Shown here: one piece after another, positions 1 through 12,500 of the stretch
Layout: every line of letters begins with the position of its first letter
Position numbering within the stretch: the stretch's first letter is position 1
Assembly: GCA_000320545.1 (NCBI GenBank)
Contig: ADNK01002591.1
Coordinates: 8,643-72,642 of the forward strand
Reading direction: 5' to 3'
Origin: Bigelowiella natans CCMP2755
Taxonomy: Eukaryota > Protista > Cercozoa
Length of the DNA: 64,000 nt
Notes under the pieces: generated by a model
What the model saw: the letters and a program-made list of their open reading frames with translations, nothing else
Database searches by the model: none
Told to the model about the DNA's origin: nothing
Position numbers and translations under genes: made by a program

Positions 1-6
1 CTACAG

Positions 7-294
7 ATATTAACAAGGATCTAGAAATGGAGGATGATGATATCCTCCTTACGGTAAATATTCATGAAATTTATGAAGGAATCAGCCATAGGGGCAGGAT
101 GTTATGCTAGTGTATAACACGCACACAACACACACACCCAGAGAGAGAGAGAGAGAGGGGGGGGGGAGAAATATTGAGCAAATAGTACATAGTTCCAACA
201 ACAAGAAACGCATCATGACGACTCTTCCATTTGTTAATCTCCATCACACCATTCAGGTGAACAAGTCTCACGAAGGTAAATCAACCAACTGTTA

Positions 295-330
<36 letters not shown>

Positions 331-715
331 ATCTAAGATATATAATCGGAAATTGCAGAAAGCTCTCACCTCTTTCGAGATTAAACAACTCCACCCCCTC
401 ATTGCCGCTTTGATCTTCTCTAATGGCTCATCCTCCATTCATTGACTCTCCCATCGTTGTTTATGTTCTTATAGATGAAAACCAGTATTGGAAGCACGAG
501 CGCAGTCTGCGGGAATACCTGGGGTTTGTGTATGGCAAACTATCTGCACATACAAGGACGAACAATCCTTCGGTATGGTGCTGCTTTTGCTGCTATCGCT
601 GGTGGTGGTGGGGGGGGGGGGGGGGGGGGGGAGGGGGAAATGTGGGTTGAGATGATTTTAAGGATGATGATGGCCTGATGGTTTTCCCCATCTGACAATC
701 CACGCAGAATAAACA

Positions 716-796
<81 letters not shown>

Positions 797-1004
797 CTAT
801 AATAACTAATAATAATAAACACTTTTTTTCTCCATCATTCTTCATTCTCTCTTTCCTCCTCCTCCTCCACGACCACTGCTGCTACGGCAGCTACTAAGTC
901 TACTCACTCGGAACCCAATTTATGTGGTTTCCATAGTCACTGTTTAGATGTCTACTATTGGCATCTTATGCTTCTTTTATTGTCACCACACACACTCACA
1001 CACA

Positions 1005-1038
<34 letters not shown>

Positions 1039-1089
1039 CACACACACAGAGAGAGATAGATTTAGACGCATGCATGCAAGTATTGATGA

Positions 1090-1156
<67 letters not shown>

Positions 1157-1647
1157 CTCGTTCCAATGACTGCTATTGTTCCAGGCATCTTGGATACGTC
1201 AGACATCTAAAGAGTGACCCTGGAAACCACATCAATTTGATTCCAAGTGAGTAGTAGTAGTAGCTGCAGTAGCAGCAGTAGTAGTGGAGGAGGAGGAGGA
1301 AAGAGAGAATGAAGAATGATGGAGAAAAAAAGCGTGTAACAATGTGTTACAACAAGAAAATATGTCAAGGAGCTACTTGTTTCAAAATACTACTGCTGCT
1401 ACTACAACTCTAGTACTACTACTACTACTACTACTACACCTTCGACTTTCCTCCTCCTCCTCCTCCTCCTCCTCCTCCTCCTCCTCCTCACTTGCTGACT
1501 AATGATTTGGGACTTACGTTGGTTATGATCTACTCTCAGGTTTCAGGAACACTCCTCAAGGATGCGTGTGGTTGGTGAATGGAAGAGCTGTGGAATTGTT
1601 TACCCCGACCAAAGGTAGGAGGAGGTTTCATGAACAAAAAGTCAAAA

Positions 1648-1678
<31 letters not shown>

Positions 1679-2698
1679 CACACAAAAGAATGGTGCTGCT
1701 TCTAAAGATTGCGTGCTATACGACACACATAATCAATCGCTACTATAATTTCGTCGTGCTCCAATCGATTGGCCGTGTTTAAATCCTACAATTTAATCAT
1801 AACCCTTCTTCAGGACAATCGGTGAAGAAAAGCGGCGCGTAATCTCCCACTTACCCACTCCTCTTTTGTGTTAATTACGTGCATGCGTGGAGATATTTTT
1901 GACCCTTCTGATTGACATCTCCTACTAATTATGCATCGTCTATTGCATTATTATTATTATTATTATTATAATTATTATTACCATTATTATGAGTAGTTGG
2001 GAAAAGTACACGAAGTCGCAGCGAGCGGGAAGAGGTGTGCGGGTGGTGTGCGAGGTAGTACACAAATCAAAGCTAGTTGCTTCACCCGTTGTATCATTTG
2101 ACAACTAGCGGTGCTGACCAGCATACAACACAATGGATTACATCCTTTCCGTCCTGCCACAGCGGTTGATTGGATTGATTGATAGAAATCATCGATATTT
2201 CCTTTGTTTGTAGAGAAGTAGTAGTAGTAGTGGTAGTAGTAGTAGTAGTAGTAATAGAAGTAGTAGTAAGTAGTCGTCTTGTTGGTGAGGTGGTACATCA
2301 TGAAGGAAAGAGTCCATATTTCTCATTTTTCTTTGTTATTTCCACAGATTTCAATGAGCGGAGAGTCGCCCCCATTGGAGCTCACACAGAACAAAGATGG
2401 GTTAGATTGCTTTCGTTTCGACCAAACAGCGTGCGGCACAGAATACACATCATTCTCACCACCATCATTATCATCAGCAGCGATAGCAGCAGCAGCAGCA
2501 TCATCATCATACCAACATTGCATTAATATTCTCAAAGGTTTCAGCGGAATGAAGCTTTCTACACCCTACTGAGTATTTAGATATTAATCCTACACAGCGC
2601 TGAAAACATGTTGTAGTAGGACAAAATCATCATCACCACCACCACCACGGAATATTACGCTTATTTTGAATTAAATCATAAATATCTCACGAATGCAC

Positions 2699-2736
<38 letters not shown>

Positions 2737-2799
2737 ATGCACACAGTCATCAATCATGTTTAGTATATATTCAGTCGATTCAATGAGATATCAACGATG

Positions 2800-2832
<33 letters not shown>

Positions 2833-3035
2833 ACTCAGACCGCATATATTTACGGATCAAAAGATACTCTCGAATAGCCTGCGATAAGTACCATCATCAT
2901 CGCCATCATCATCATCATCATCATCGCCGTCGTCATCATCATCATCATCATCATCATCATCACCATCATCATCAGAGTTGCAAAATGCATGCATGGGAAG
3001 GACAGGGATAGTAAATATGACGACGACGACGACTG

Positions 3036-3075
<40 letters not shown>

Positions 3076-5054
3076 CAGATACGAAAGCGAAGATCGAAAG
3101 GCTTCTTTCTAAACAGACGATAATATACTCTGCACCATCTCGATAAACATTACTCTGCTTATTTGCCTCCTCGCCGTGATGAATGTATTGCCGAATGTGT
3201 CGTTCCACCTCTACTCCTCTCATCTTAGTGTATACATCATCATCATCATCATCATCATCATCGTCTGTCTCCCAGGTACTTCTCTGTGGCGTGCACGAAT
3301 CCTGGTTGCAACCATTCGAATTACGGAGTTCCAGGTCACCAACTAGCTTGTGAGCTCTGGAGAGAGGGGAGGGGAGGGAGGGAGGAGAAGTGGGGAGGAC
3401 AACAATGCAAAGTTGTCAAAGCAAAAACAGCTGCTGCTTGCCCCTATAAAAAACAAACAAACGCAAACACTTTCGTCTGCATTATATAACAGTAACAATA
3501 AAAAATTGTGTTGTCCTCCTCCTCCTCCTTCCCCTCCTCCTCGTATTTCTACATTCTACCACAGGCCGTTTTCAGTGGGACGAGTACCCCACTGTGGTAG
3601 TCGTAGTAGTAGTAGTCGTAGTAGTAGTAGTAGTTGTAGTAGTGGAAAGCAGCTTACTATCACTTAAATGAATGCTATTACACGATTTCTTCGACTACTT
3701 GCTCCATTATCGATAATAATCTAATCTGGTGATTCGTTGCCTTCATTCCAAAGATATTATCATCATCATTACTCTGAACAAGTTTCTGTTTTTGGCGCAG
3801 CTTATTAATGTTAGTAGTAGTAGTAGTAGTAGTAGTAGTAGCGGTAGTAGTTGGTTGTTGTTGCAGTTGTACAATATATCTCTCATCACGCAACCGAATC
3901 GTTTTTCAGCTTCCAATAGTCCAGCGTGGAGGACCGAACAGACAGGTAGTAAAAGCAGCAGCAGCAGTAGTAGTAGTAGTAGTAGTAGCATTAGCAGTGG
4001 TAGGTGGGTTTGATAAATAGTTATCGCAATAGTAGTAGTATTAGTAGTAGTTGTTGTTGTTGTTGTAGCAACAAATCAGCAACGGAGTAGCTATTAGTAG
4101 TAGTTGTTGTTGTTGATGTAGCAACAAATCAGCAACGGAGTAGCTATTAGTAGTAGTTGTTGTTGTTGATGTAGCAACAAATCAGCAACGGAGTAGCTAT
4201 TAGTAGTAGTTGTTGTTGTTGATGTAGCAACAAATCAGCAACGGAGTAGCTATTAGTAGTAGTAGTTGTTGTTGTTGTAGCAACAAATCAGCAACGGAGT
4301 AGCTATTAGTAGTAGTTGTTGTTGTTGATGTAGCAACAAATCAGCAACGGAGTAGCTATTAGTAGTAGTTGTTGTTGTTGATGTAGCAACAAATCAGCAA
4401 CGGAGTAGCTATTAGTAGTAGTAGTTGTTGTTGTTGTTGTAGCAACAAATCAGCAACGGAGTAGCTATTAGTAGTAGTAGTTGTTGTTGTTGTAGCAACA
4501 AATCAGCAACGGAGTAGCTATTAGCCCCCTCTTCCCTTTTCTTCGTCGTCTTCTTTGTATTCTTCCAATGTGCTGCTGCTGCTGCTGCTATATGTCATCA
4601 TCTAATCTATTTCTATATCCGTGAATAACAATAATATCTCAGATGATCAGGGCCCTTTCGGTGAGTAATATGGAGAAGTAGTAGTAGTGTTCATATCGTT
4701 TCATCATGCACGCCCTCTTTTCAATAGTATACAACAATAATAACAACAACAATAATAACAACAACAACAACAACACACTAAAGCCGGTTATGGAAGAAGA
4801 GGGTGATGAATCGGCCCTGGGTTGCTATCGTTCGTAGCACCCCAACGAATTCTGTACGCATATCCTGATTTCATATCGAGAAAAGAAGAACAAAAACACA
4901 TCGATAATATTGGCAAAAAAGCAACTAAGGAGGAGGCAGCACAACGCCTGAAACGCCGATCTCGGATATATCAATATATCGATGTTTCCCCATGATTTTT
5001 CTACTAAATTTAGCTGAAAATTTGTTCCGTTGCAGTATCTCGTAGCGCTGCTTC

Positions 5055-5090
<36 letters not shown>

Positions 5091-5348
5091 TTTTGTTGGT
5101 GGTTGGGATCAATAGTAGCTTCAGCAGCCTGTGTGTCATAATATCACACGCCTTCGTCGATGTACTCCTTCCTTCCTTACTCAGGCGGAGACGATTAATA
5201 CCTTCGTTTGTCCTGTATGCACGGGAGAGATGCACCCTCTCAGCTACAAAAGGACTGGTGCCAGCGGGAGAATACCGTGTACTTGTCTTCGGGTAGGTTG
5301 TTATAGAGCGATGATAATAATAATAGAGATCAAGACGATGACGGCGGC

Positions 5349-5392
<44 letters not shown>

Positions 5393-6017
5393 GTGAAAAT
5401 ATTAAACAACAATAGCAACTTTCTACACCATAAATTATTGTACGTCTGAATATCTGTGTACTGCTACTACGCACATATCATATATCATCCCTCCTTTCAT
5501 CACCACCCCCCCTCCCTCAGAGAGGCAGCAGCTCCTACCAAGGTGACGACGGCCAGGGAGCAGAAGAGGACATAACGTCCTCTGAGGAGGATACAATGAC
5601 GAAGAGCAAGAGACTTGCAGATCAAAGAGCAAGAGCTGAATCTAGGCGACTACGTGCGGAAAGAAGGGCCGAACGTAAATTGATGAGCTCCGAAGAAAAG
5701 CGATTATTAGCGCTTGAGGATAGAAAAAAGGAAAAGAAGGATGGAGGCAAAAATAATACGAAATCATCTCGAAAAAGCAAGAGCAACCAGACAACACAAG
5801 GCAATTCTAGAGAGAACACACAACGGTACCCTCTCCCCCCGAACCCTCTCCCACCCTTCTCTCTCTATCTCTATCTCTCCCTCTCTCTCATTGTGTGTGT
5901 GTGTGTGTGTGTGTATGGTGTGATTGACACCGGTGGAAGTTATGACGACGTTCATTATTCGCCTTATGTTCCTTTCATCAGCATCATCAACATCATAAGG
6001 AGAAGAAGAAGAAAACA

Positions 6018-6069
<52 letters not shown>

Positions 6070-6750
6070 ATCACATGCTGCATTTCTTACACATTGCTTC
6101 TTCTTTGTCACAGCAAACGACCACGAGCCCCATCCAATAGGAGACAACAAGAGCGGGAGCAGGGTGACGACGGCGAGGTAGAGCGACTTCCAAGGGAGAT
6201 CAAAGGGACACCCGGTACAGACCAGCCATATCCAAAGTGCTCGCTGTCAAAGGTTTGCTCTTATTCAAAGGAGGAGGAGGAAGAAGAATTGAAAAAAGGA
6301 GGAGGAGGGGGTGGTTGGACCAAGGGGATTTCTCGCCAGTGATTTAATTGTTCTACGATGGGAGAAAGGGAGGGGGGGGGGGGAGCGGGGGAAGGAAAAT
6401 AATAATGATTATGGTCGTCGTCACGATAGCATATCTCACAATCATCACCAGATATGGTCAACAACCCCATCAATCAATCACCATCGATATAGTAGTAGTA
6501 GCAATCATACCCTGCTGCTTCTGCCTCTGCTGCTGCTGCTGCCAGAGATAATAATAATTACGATGGTAATGATGAGAAACGATGATGCTGATGATGATTC
6601 AATGTCAAGCTTTGATGACATCCATTCATTCTTCCTTGCATCATCAGGTCGAACCGGGTGAAAGAATTTATGCACCATTCACGGTTGGTTGGTCATCACC
6701 AGAATTAAGAACAAGGAGAAGAAGAAGAAGAAGAAGCAAATGGGATGATA

Positions 6751-6783
<33 letters not shown>

Positions 6784-8330
6784 GTGAAACAGGAAGGGGT
6801 GGGAGGAGGAGGATTCTTTCGCCTAATGAATGAGTAATCCCATCAACTCGTCTTTAGGATGATGATGAGAAAGCTTCTGGTGATGAAAATAGCGGTAGAG
6901 CAGAAGGAGAGGATGGGGCTGCTGGTGGAAAGGTTTGGCGACTTGGAACGGTAATATGAGCCACAACTATCTAGCCCCTTCCTTCTTCTTCTTCCCCTCT
7001 TACTTACTTACTTTGTCAAAATTATTGTCAGGTGCTAGGACGAAAGATTGTTCTCCAAGAAGGCCAGGTTGGGAGGGACAACAGGGATAATAATATATAT
7101 ATATATATATATATATATTAATATTAATAATATATAATATGTAATAGCAACAAGAAGAAGAACAACAACAACAACAACGCCACCACGAATGAGAGATATT
7201 CAATGGAATTACACACACACACACAAACATACATACATACATACATACAAAATAACACCCAAACTTATCCAAATTCCCACGTTAATTCTTCTTCTTCGTC
7301 TTCTTCTTCTTCGTCTACTCTTACAGAAACCAAAGAAGGTCGTTCTGTTCAAATCGTGCAAGGACAACAAGATCATCGAGGTACTACTACTACTACTACT
7401 ACTAGCAATAGCAGTAGTAGTAGTAGTAGTAATAGTAGTAGTGGTGGTGATGCTATCATTAATACTCGTCGATCTACCGGAATGATTGTATACGACTAGA
7501 TTTAATTCATATTTCTCTTTCTCTTCTTCACTTTCTTCTTCTTCTTCTTCTTCTTCTGTTGTATTGTGACTACTACTACAACTACAACTACTACTACGAT
7601 GTCACGTGCTGCTGCTGCTTCGATTGCAAGATTCTGGAGGATGATAAAGACGGAAAAGAAGGAGAGAATCAAGAGTTTCTGAGCCCGATTAACAAAAAAG
7701 GTTGCTCTGAACAACATCCATCAACTCTCCCTTTTTTGTCGCGCATTGTTTGTTTCCCGTGTGTGGGTGAGTAGTCGTGTGGTGATGAGAGAGTGCACGT
7801 GATCATGTGACACATAATAATAGTGTGATAATAATGATAATAATAATAAGAAGAGTCAGAACAACGAGGGGGTTTGTGCTGGTGGTGGTGGTGGTGGTGC
7901 TGCTGCTGCTGCTTCATGATTGGAGGGAAAAGATTGATGTGTTGCGTTGATGGAAAGGAGGAGGCGGCTCATCTACAAAACAGTCGAGATCAAAGAGGCA
8001 AGTTTACCATTTAATGTGTGCGGCTATGTGTTCATGAAGCTCTCATCTAACAATACGTCACCTCACGTCGCCATCCCACAGGATACGAAGAAGTGCTGCT
8101 AGCATGGAAGTGGAAGAGGGGGAGGAAGAACGAAACCAGGAAGGAAAAGGAGAGGGAGGAGGAGGAGGAGGAGGAAAAGTCTCTGATTCAGCAACGTCCC
8201 AGAAAGATGATTTGCTGGCATCGGAAGTGAATGACGAAGACTTTAATGGGTAGACGACGTATAGATTGGATAGAGAGAGAGAGAGAGAGAGGAGAGATAC
8301 ACAAATAGTTTTCTCTCTCGCGCACACACT

Positions 8331-8368
<38 letters not shown>

Positions 8369-8683
8369 CAGGTACGTGGTGGAGAAACTCTACGTCGTCG
8401 AATCGGCTGATGGAACGATAAAGAGGTAATGTAGTAGGAGCCAGAACCATACCTGAATTACAGAAAAATGGAGAGGGAAGTCCGGTAGGTCGAATCCAAC
8501 TCGACCGCAACATCTTTCATTATAATGATTGCAAATTACTTCCTTTACTATCTTATCATCATGCAGATATACGGAGTCGGAGATCCGAAATATTGTTCAA
8601 GAGGGTGATGGTGGGCCTGATGACGGATGATGAGGACGAAAATACAAAGAAGATGTTGATGGCGGCGGTAGGTAAAACCTGAG
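7..8683 (+). CDS. One or more uncharacterised multi-exon genes with short exons between microsatellite-rich introns; possibly a chromatin protein (degenerate JmjC-like and Tudor-like segments)
   Basis: Many short AG|...|GT bounded open segments on + (about 7-52, 475-572, 1540-1613, 2349-2400, 3276-3334, 3565-3596, 5596-5825, 6114-6252, 6648-6683, 6859-6951, 8063-8249, 8372-8424, 8568-8683). Exon phasing and gene boundaries are unresolved, and the gene probably starts left of the window. Confidence 0.4.
822..1332. repeat. Long imperfect inverted repeat (foldback), ~130-bp arms with inverted microsatellites inside
   Basis: 822-953 (ctttttttctccatcattcttcattctctctttcctcctcc...tttagatgtct) is the reverse complement of 1201-1332 (agacatctaaa...ggaggaggaaagagagaatgaagaatgatggagaaaaaaag) with scattered mismatches. 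The inner (CA)n(GA)n at ~987-1055 mirrors (TC)n(TG)n at ~1090-1156. Confidence 0.9.
4039..4524. repeat. Minisatellite, 9 copies of a 53-bp unit
   Basis: The core gcaacaaatcagcaacggagtagctatt recurs at 4068, 4121, 4174, 4227, 4280, 4333, 4386, 4442 and 4495, separated by (agt)n(tgt)n. The period is 53, once 56. Confidence 0.95.
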
Positions 8684-8724
8684 GCATTTGATTTATTTAT
8701 AATATCTGTGTCCTGCGTATGTAA

Positions 8725-8780
8725 TAAGACGGATGTAATCAATCAATTAAATTTGTTCAATGGTTATATCCTCATGTAGC
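8725..8780 (+). repeat. Short dispersed ~55-bp element, TA-retaining copy (other copies 53287-53340 and partial 38875-38904)
   Basis: taagacggatgtaatcaatcaattaaatttgttcaatggttatatcctcatgtagc aligns with tgagacggatgtgatgaaatgatcaaatcttttcaatggacatcctcatgtagc at 53287. The segment 38875-38904 matches the first 30 nt at 25/30. Confidence 0.7.
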
Positions 8781-9554
8781 TGCAATGCAGCGGCTACAGC
8801 GCTAATGTCTAGTAGACATTGATACATATTCACGATCTTGTGCAAGCTAGCATGATGGCAGTTCAACTCAGCAATGGAACTCTGATCTGCTTCTTACGTG
8901 CTACCAATGAACGAAATCGTACATCTTGTCATTTGTGACGCGCTTGATAAATTTACTATTGTTAGCTAGCGTGGCTGATTCATTAGTGTTAGCTAGCTAG
9001 TGACATACCCATGTGCACGCTCGCTCATGTGGCTGTTGATGATTGCTGCTGCTGCGCTCATCACGCGGTCTAGCTGCACTTATATTCTGCGAACACCTCG
9101 CGAAAACTACTGTACAACTCATGTCCGTTTCACAATACTGATGATGATGGACATGTAATATCATATATAAATGTAGTATGTGTGCTATTACTGTGTCTAT
9201 AATTTTCGGCAGAATGTCTGCTAGCTAGATGTACGCCATGAAATCTAGCAGCGTGCAGCTGCCATGTGTTATTCCGTTATTATCATTATTATTTGCAGTA
9301 GGTATGTAGAGGTAAGTGCGCGTATACGCGTAATAATGCTCTGTCTAGCTGTGCGCATTGCAGTAAGTGCGTGTGGGCTTCAATGCAGGCGAAATAAGTT
9401 GTTTGTTGGATAACATATTCTTACAAGTTCGTGTCAACCTCAAAACATAAATACGGGAGACATCATTTGTTCGTCCGGGTTAAGGGATGAGGAGATGAGG
9501 GACAATTTACTACGGAATTGGGGATGGAATGAATGAATGTTACTGGGGTCGTGA

Positions 9555-12500
9555 TTACTCAATTGAGCAGAGCATAGCTACACCCATCTTGACCCAGTAG
9601 TTCGGATCGGCCCTAGGGTCTTTCCTTTTCCTCCTCTTCTTTTCCTCTGACGGAATCCTAATCTTCGGTGTGTAGATGAAGTTGAGGTCTGTGCGGCGCT
9701 TCTTGGTGTAGACTGGGCAATCGTACCACAAGCCCTTTGCGTACCTCTTATTTGCTTCTTCTTCAAGCAGCGCTGAGACGTGGATAACTGGCATTTCCAC
9801 GAACAGGTCACCAGGTTTCGGGTTGGAGAGCCACTTGTTGTCGTGGTCCCAAAGCGCCCCTTCTAAGAAGAGACCGTAGACGTAGACGCCCTCTGGAATC
9901 TCCTTTCCTTCCCATCCTGGACTGCCTTGCTTGTGTTTGTCCGGGTTCGTGCAGGCAAGTACCCTCGTGAAGGGTACCACCTCGTCCAGAGCCCAGTTTT
10001 GCTTTGCATGTCGACGAGTGACCTCCTGCCTCATGGCTGTCAGGAATCCCTGAGGGTTAAAAAACCCGGTCAGCCAGTAAACGTTTGGTCTCATCGTCGT
10101 GAGCCAGTCCATAAGCTGCTTGTGGCGCTTCAACAAGCCAGCAAACCACGAAGGCAACGAAGGAACCGTCCATGCAATCTCCACACCACCGGCATCAACG
10201 TACCAGTGTGTCGGTGGCTTTCCGTCGTACATCGCATCGACTGTCGAGGAAAGCTGTGGTGTCATGATGATTTCACCCTTAATTGCAAATCCTACATCGC
10301 GAAGAGTGGTTCTGACGATGTGTAGAATCTTGATTAGTCGCTCGATCTCCTGGAATAGGAATACGTTGAGCGGAATCTCAATACCAGCCACCTTCCTCTC
10401 TGGGTTGAAGCCATCGGCTAATGTCCACTCGATCTCCTTTGCCTTTGGTCGCTTCATGATATACTGACGAACTTCATCCATCTTCATACTTTCAGGAACC
10501 TTCTCAAGCAGCTCCTCTGCAAGCTCAGAGACTATTTGCTGCGGAGTCTTCCCGCCATCACCACTAGCCTCTCTCGGCCGCGTGGTCTGGATGAGGTCAA
10601 GCATGCGTGTTGCTTCTGTCTTTCCGAGGGTAAGATCAGCGTTGGAGTGAAGTCCAAACAAAGAAGGTGTGTCGTTGTCGGGCACCTCGTCGATGTAGTC
10701 GAGGAATACATCAATAGTCTCACTTTTCGGAATCTTGTATTCGAATTTCTTGCCCCCGCCTAAGTTTGCTGGGTCGCAAAATTGGAAATCGTCCTTAAAC
10801 ACAGTAGGGGAGAGCCAAAACAACCCAAAGGTGTTGAACAACCTGCGGTCAAAGTCGTCCGTGATACGACCACCGTACTGCACCTCGCAAATCATGTACT
10901 GGATGGTATTCCACGAGATGCCTCCCATCCCGGTTTCGTAGAAGTGCTTTTCTAGGAACATGAGGGACGCCTCGAGGTCTGACTGATTGAACTCGTATTT
11001 AATGCACCAGCCGATAGGGCCGAACTTTCTTCTCTCCTGAACCACCGAGTGCAAGAAGCATAAGGAGAACACAAGGTCTCGCCAGCTCACTTCGGGCACA
11101 CGCCCAAGCCTTTCCTCATCAACGACCTCAGAATACGATCTAAGGAGACCGGCCTTAAGTCCCTTTGGAGGTTCCATGGTCATCTTGATTGATGTCTGCA
11201 GCAACGAGATAGGGAACTTGGGGTGAGCCTCGCAAGTAATCCAGAGACGGAAGTTCTCGTGGCACTTGAATGGAGGTTTCTCGTTCTTCTTTTTCTTCTT
11301 CTTCTTGTCAGCCTTCTTCTCATCGCCGGTACCTTTCTTGCTATTTTCAGCAGCCCGCGTCGCAGCGTCCTCTTCTTTCTTCTGTTCAATGTAGTCCGTA
11401 AGACTGTTCATGTAACCAAGACCCAGGTGGCAATTGTTGAGGAGCGCCCAACCGCCTTCCACCATCGCGTTGTCGATGGCCATTTTGGCGAATTTCTCTT
11501 GGCCCTCGCCCATGGAGACAGTGTATTGGTCGACTTGTGCGTTAACGGTCTTGGCTAGAGCCTTAATCTGTCCGGTAGGATCTGCACCGGGAGTGAGCAG
11601 CAGGATGTTAGGTGTCCACTTGCCCGATCCAACAGCGCTGTACGTATTGCTTACGTTGCAAATGAGGGGCTTGATATACTTGGCACCAAGGATGGCACCG
11701 ACAAAGATGTCAGCAGCACGACTCACACGATCATCCCTGAACGCGCGAATTAGAAGAAGGCGCATGAGAGGACCAGAAGGATCTGTGGCTAAGCGCTCCT
11801 CGAAGCTGGGAATCTCGAGCTCCTCCGGGTTCAAACTGTCGAACCACTTCTTCCATTCTGATTCATTGGAACGGATCTTGTTGATAAGATCGTTGAAGAA
11901 CGGCGGCGTCTTACTGAGATTAACCACATTCTTCCATGTGTTTCCAATGGTTCCACCGTCTATCCCGGAGAATTTGTGCTTCGGACAATCAGCGTTGGTC
12001 AGAGCCATTCCGGCCTTGAACAGAAGATCGAGCATTTGGGTTGATATAGTGTCCTTGCGCTCAACCTCGAGAATCTTGAGCGTGAGCAACAGCTTGAAAG
12101 TTAGCTTGTGCATTACGAACAGGCCACGGTCCAATGCGACGTAGCTATTGTAGGTTATGTTGTCGATGAGGATGTCAATTCGCTGCTTAGCGTCAGCAGG
12201 CTCTTCAGAGTTCTTGAGGGTGTAGAAGAACCACACCAAGAACTGAGCGAGAGAGTTTTGGTACATCGGGTTGAAGCTGGTGGTGTCAACCAACGTGAAA
12301 TATACAATAGATCCACGACAAGCGACAGGGCGGTACAGCTCCCGCTTCTCGGATATTGTCTTCTGCGTCTGGGTAGAGGCAATGATTTGTTCGTTAACTT
12401 CCTTAGCTTTGGCCTTAGTCTTACGCAAGACGCGAATTAGCTCCACGTCATCAAGCAAGTTACCCTTTGAGTTAGCGAGCTTTTCTAGGAGCGTCTTATC

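Noticed and set aside
4039-4524. CRISPR-like array (28-bp constant core with intervening segments)
   Set aside because: The intervening segments are near-identical microsatellite runs rather than unique spacers. The context is eukaryotic with no cas genes.
104-8742. ORFs rich in HTHT, ERER, LSLS, CVCV, poly-V/S/L/Y/D
   Set aside because: Translations of intronic (CA)n, (GA)n, (AGT)n and (GAT)n microsatellites.
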